A stretch of DNA of 64,000 nt from an uncultured Verrucomicrobiae bacterium. GTDB lineage: Bacteria; Verrucomicrobiota; Verrucomicrobiia; Palsa-1439. Below are positions 63,857-64,000 of this stretch, piece after piece. The stretch lies in NCBI GenBank assembly GCA_963817685.1, contig CAWFPN010000027.1:31763-95762 (forward strand). The letters run 5' to 3'. The position numbers were made by a program, and so were the translations under genes. A model generated the notes under the pieces. That model saw nothing but the letters and a program-made list of their open reading frames with translations. It was not told the origin of the DNA and searched no databases. The stretch's first letter is position 1. Every line of letters starts with the position of its first letter.

Positions 63857-64000
63857 ATGGAAAACGTAGTCATTATTGGTTCGGGTTGTGCCGGCTGGAC
63901 GGCGGCCTTGTATACCGGACGCGCAAATCTGAACCCGTTGGTGCTCACCGGAACGCAGCCGGGAGGGTTATTGACGACAACGAGCATCGTCGAAAATTAC
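63857..64000 (+). CDS. trxB: Thioredoxin-disulfide reductase, N-terminal 48 codons (continues beyond the right edge)
   Basis: My translation: [48 protein letters not shown] (FAD GxGxxG plus GGQL-like motif). Confidence 0.8.
   Translation, partial: MENVVIIGSGCAGWTAALYTGRANLNPLVLTGTQPGGLLTTTSIVENY

Overview
High-GC (~60%) Gram-negative chromosome segment. The gene content and GC-rich palindromic repeats suggest a PVC/Verrucomicrobiota-like organism (inference only). From 1 to 27.8 kb there are housekeeping and envelope genes: murJ, two GT9 heptosyltransferases, lpxK, rnr, folE, miaB, hisS, aspS, accA, a LysM L,D-transpeptidase coupled to an atypical Ser/Thr kinase, mtnP, glmS, a GH5 glycanase and glgC. 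From 28.0 to 59.9 kb there is one uninterrupted same-strand translation/transcription supercluster: tRNA-Thr, tuf, rpmG, tRNA-Trp, secE, nusG, rplKAJL, rpoBC, rpsLG, fusA, then the S10, spc and alpha operons through rplQ. From 60 to 64 kb there is a dimeric-dUTPase-like gene, a PdtaS/PdtaR-like GAF/PAS histidine kinase with an ANTAR response regulator, and the start of trxB. Four observations stand out. (1) At least 32 single-base frame disruptions (26 apparent +1, 6 apparent -1) hit essential genes (lpxK, glmS, tuf, nusG, rplK, rpoB, rpoC, fusA, rplB, map). They are strongly clustered and are most likely assembly indel errors. (2) A 252-aa exported coiled-coil ORF of no recognised family sits between rpsS and rplV inside the otherwise canonical S10 operon. 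This is my best candidate for something undescribed. (3) A candidate ~108-nt small RNA or leader with a consensus sigma70 promoter and an intrinsic terminator lies upstream of tRNA-Thr/tuf. (4) Related REP-like palindromes flank a lipoprotein gene. I saw no CRISPR array, transposase, integrase, toxin-antitoxin pair or recognisable defence system, and I cannot point to a convincing multi-gene novel system. Start codons are often uncertain, and many long ORFs in the track are GC-driven shadow ORFs.
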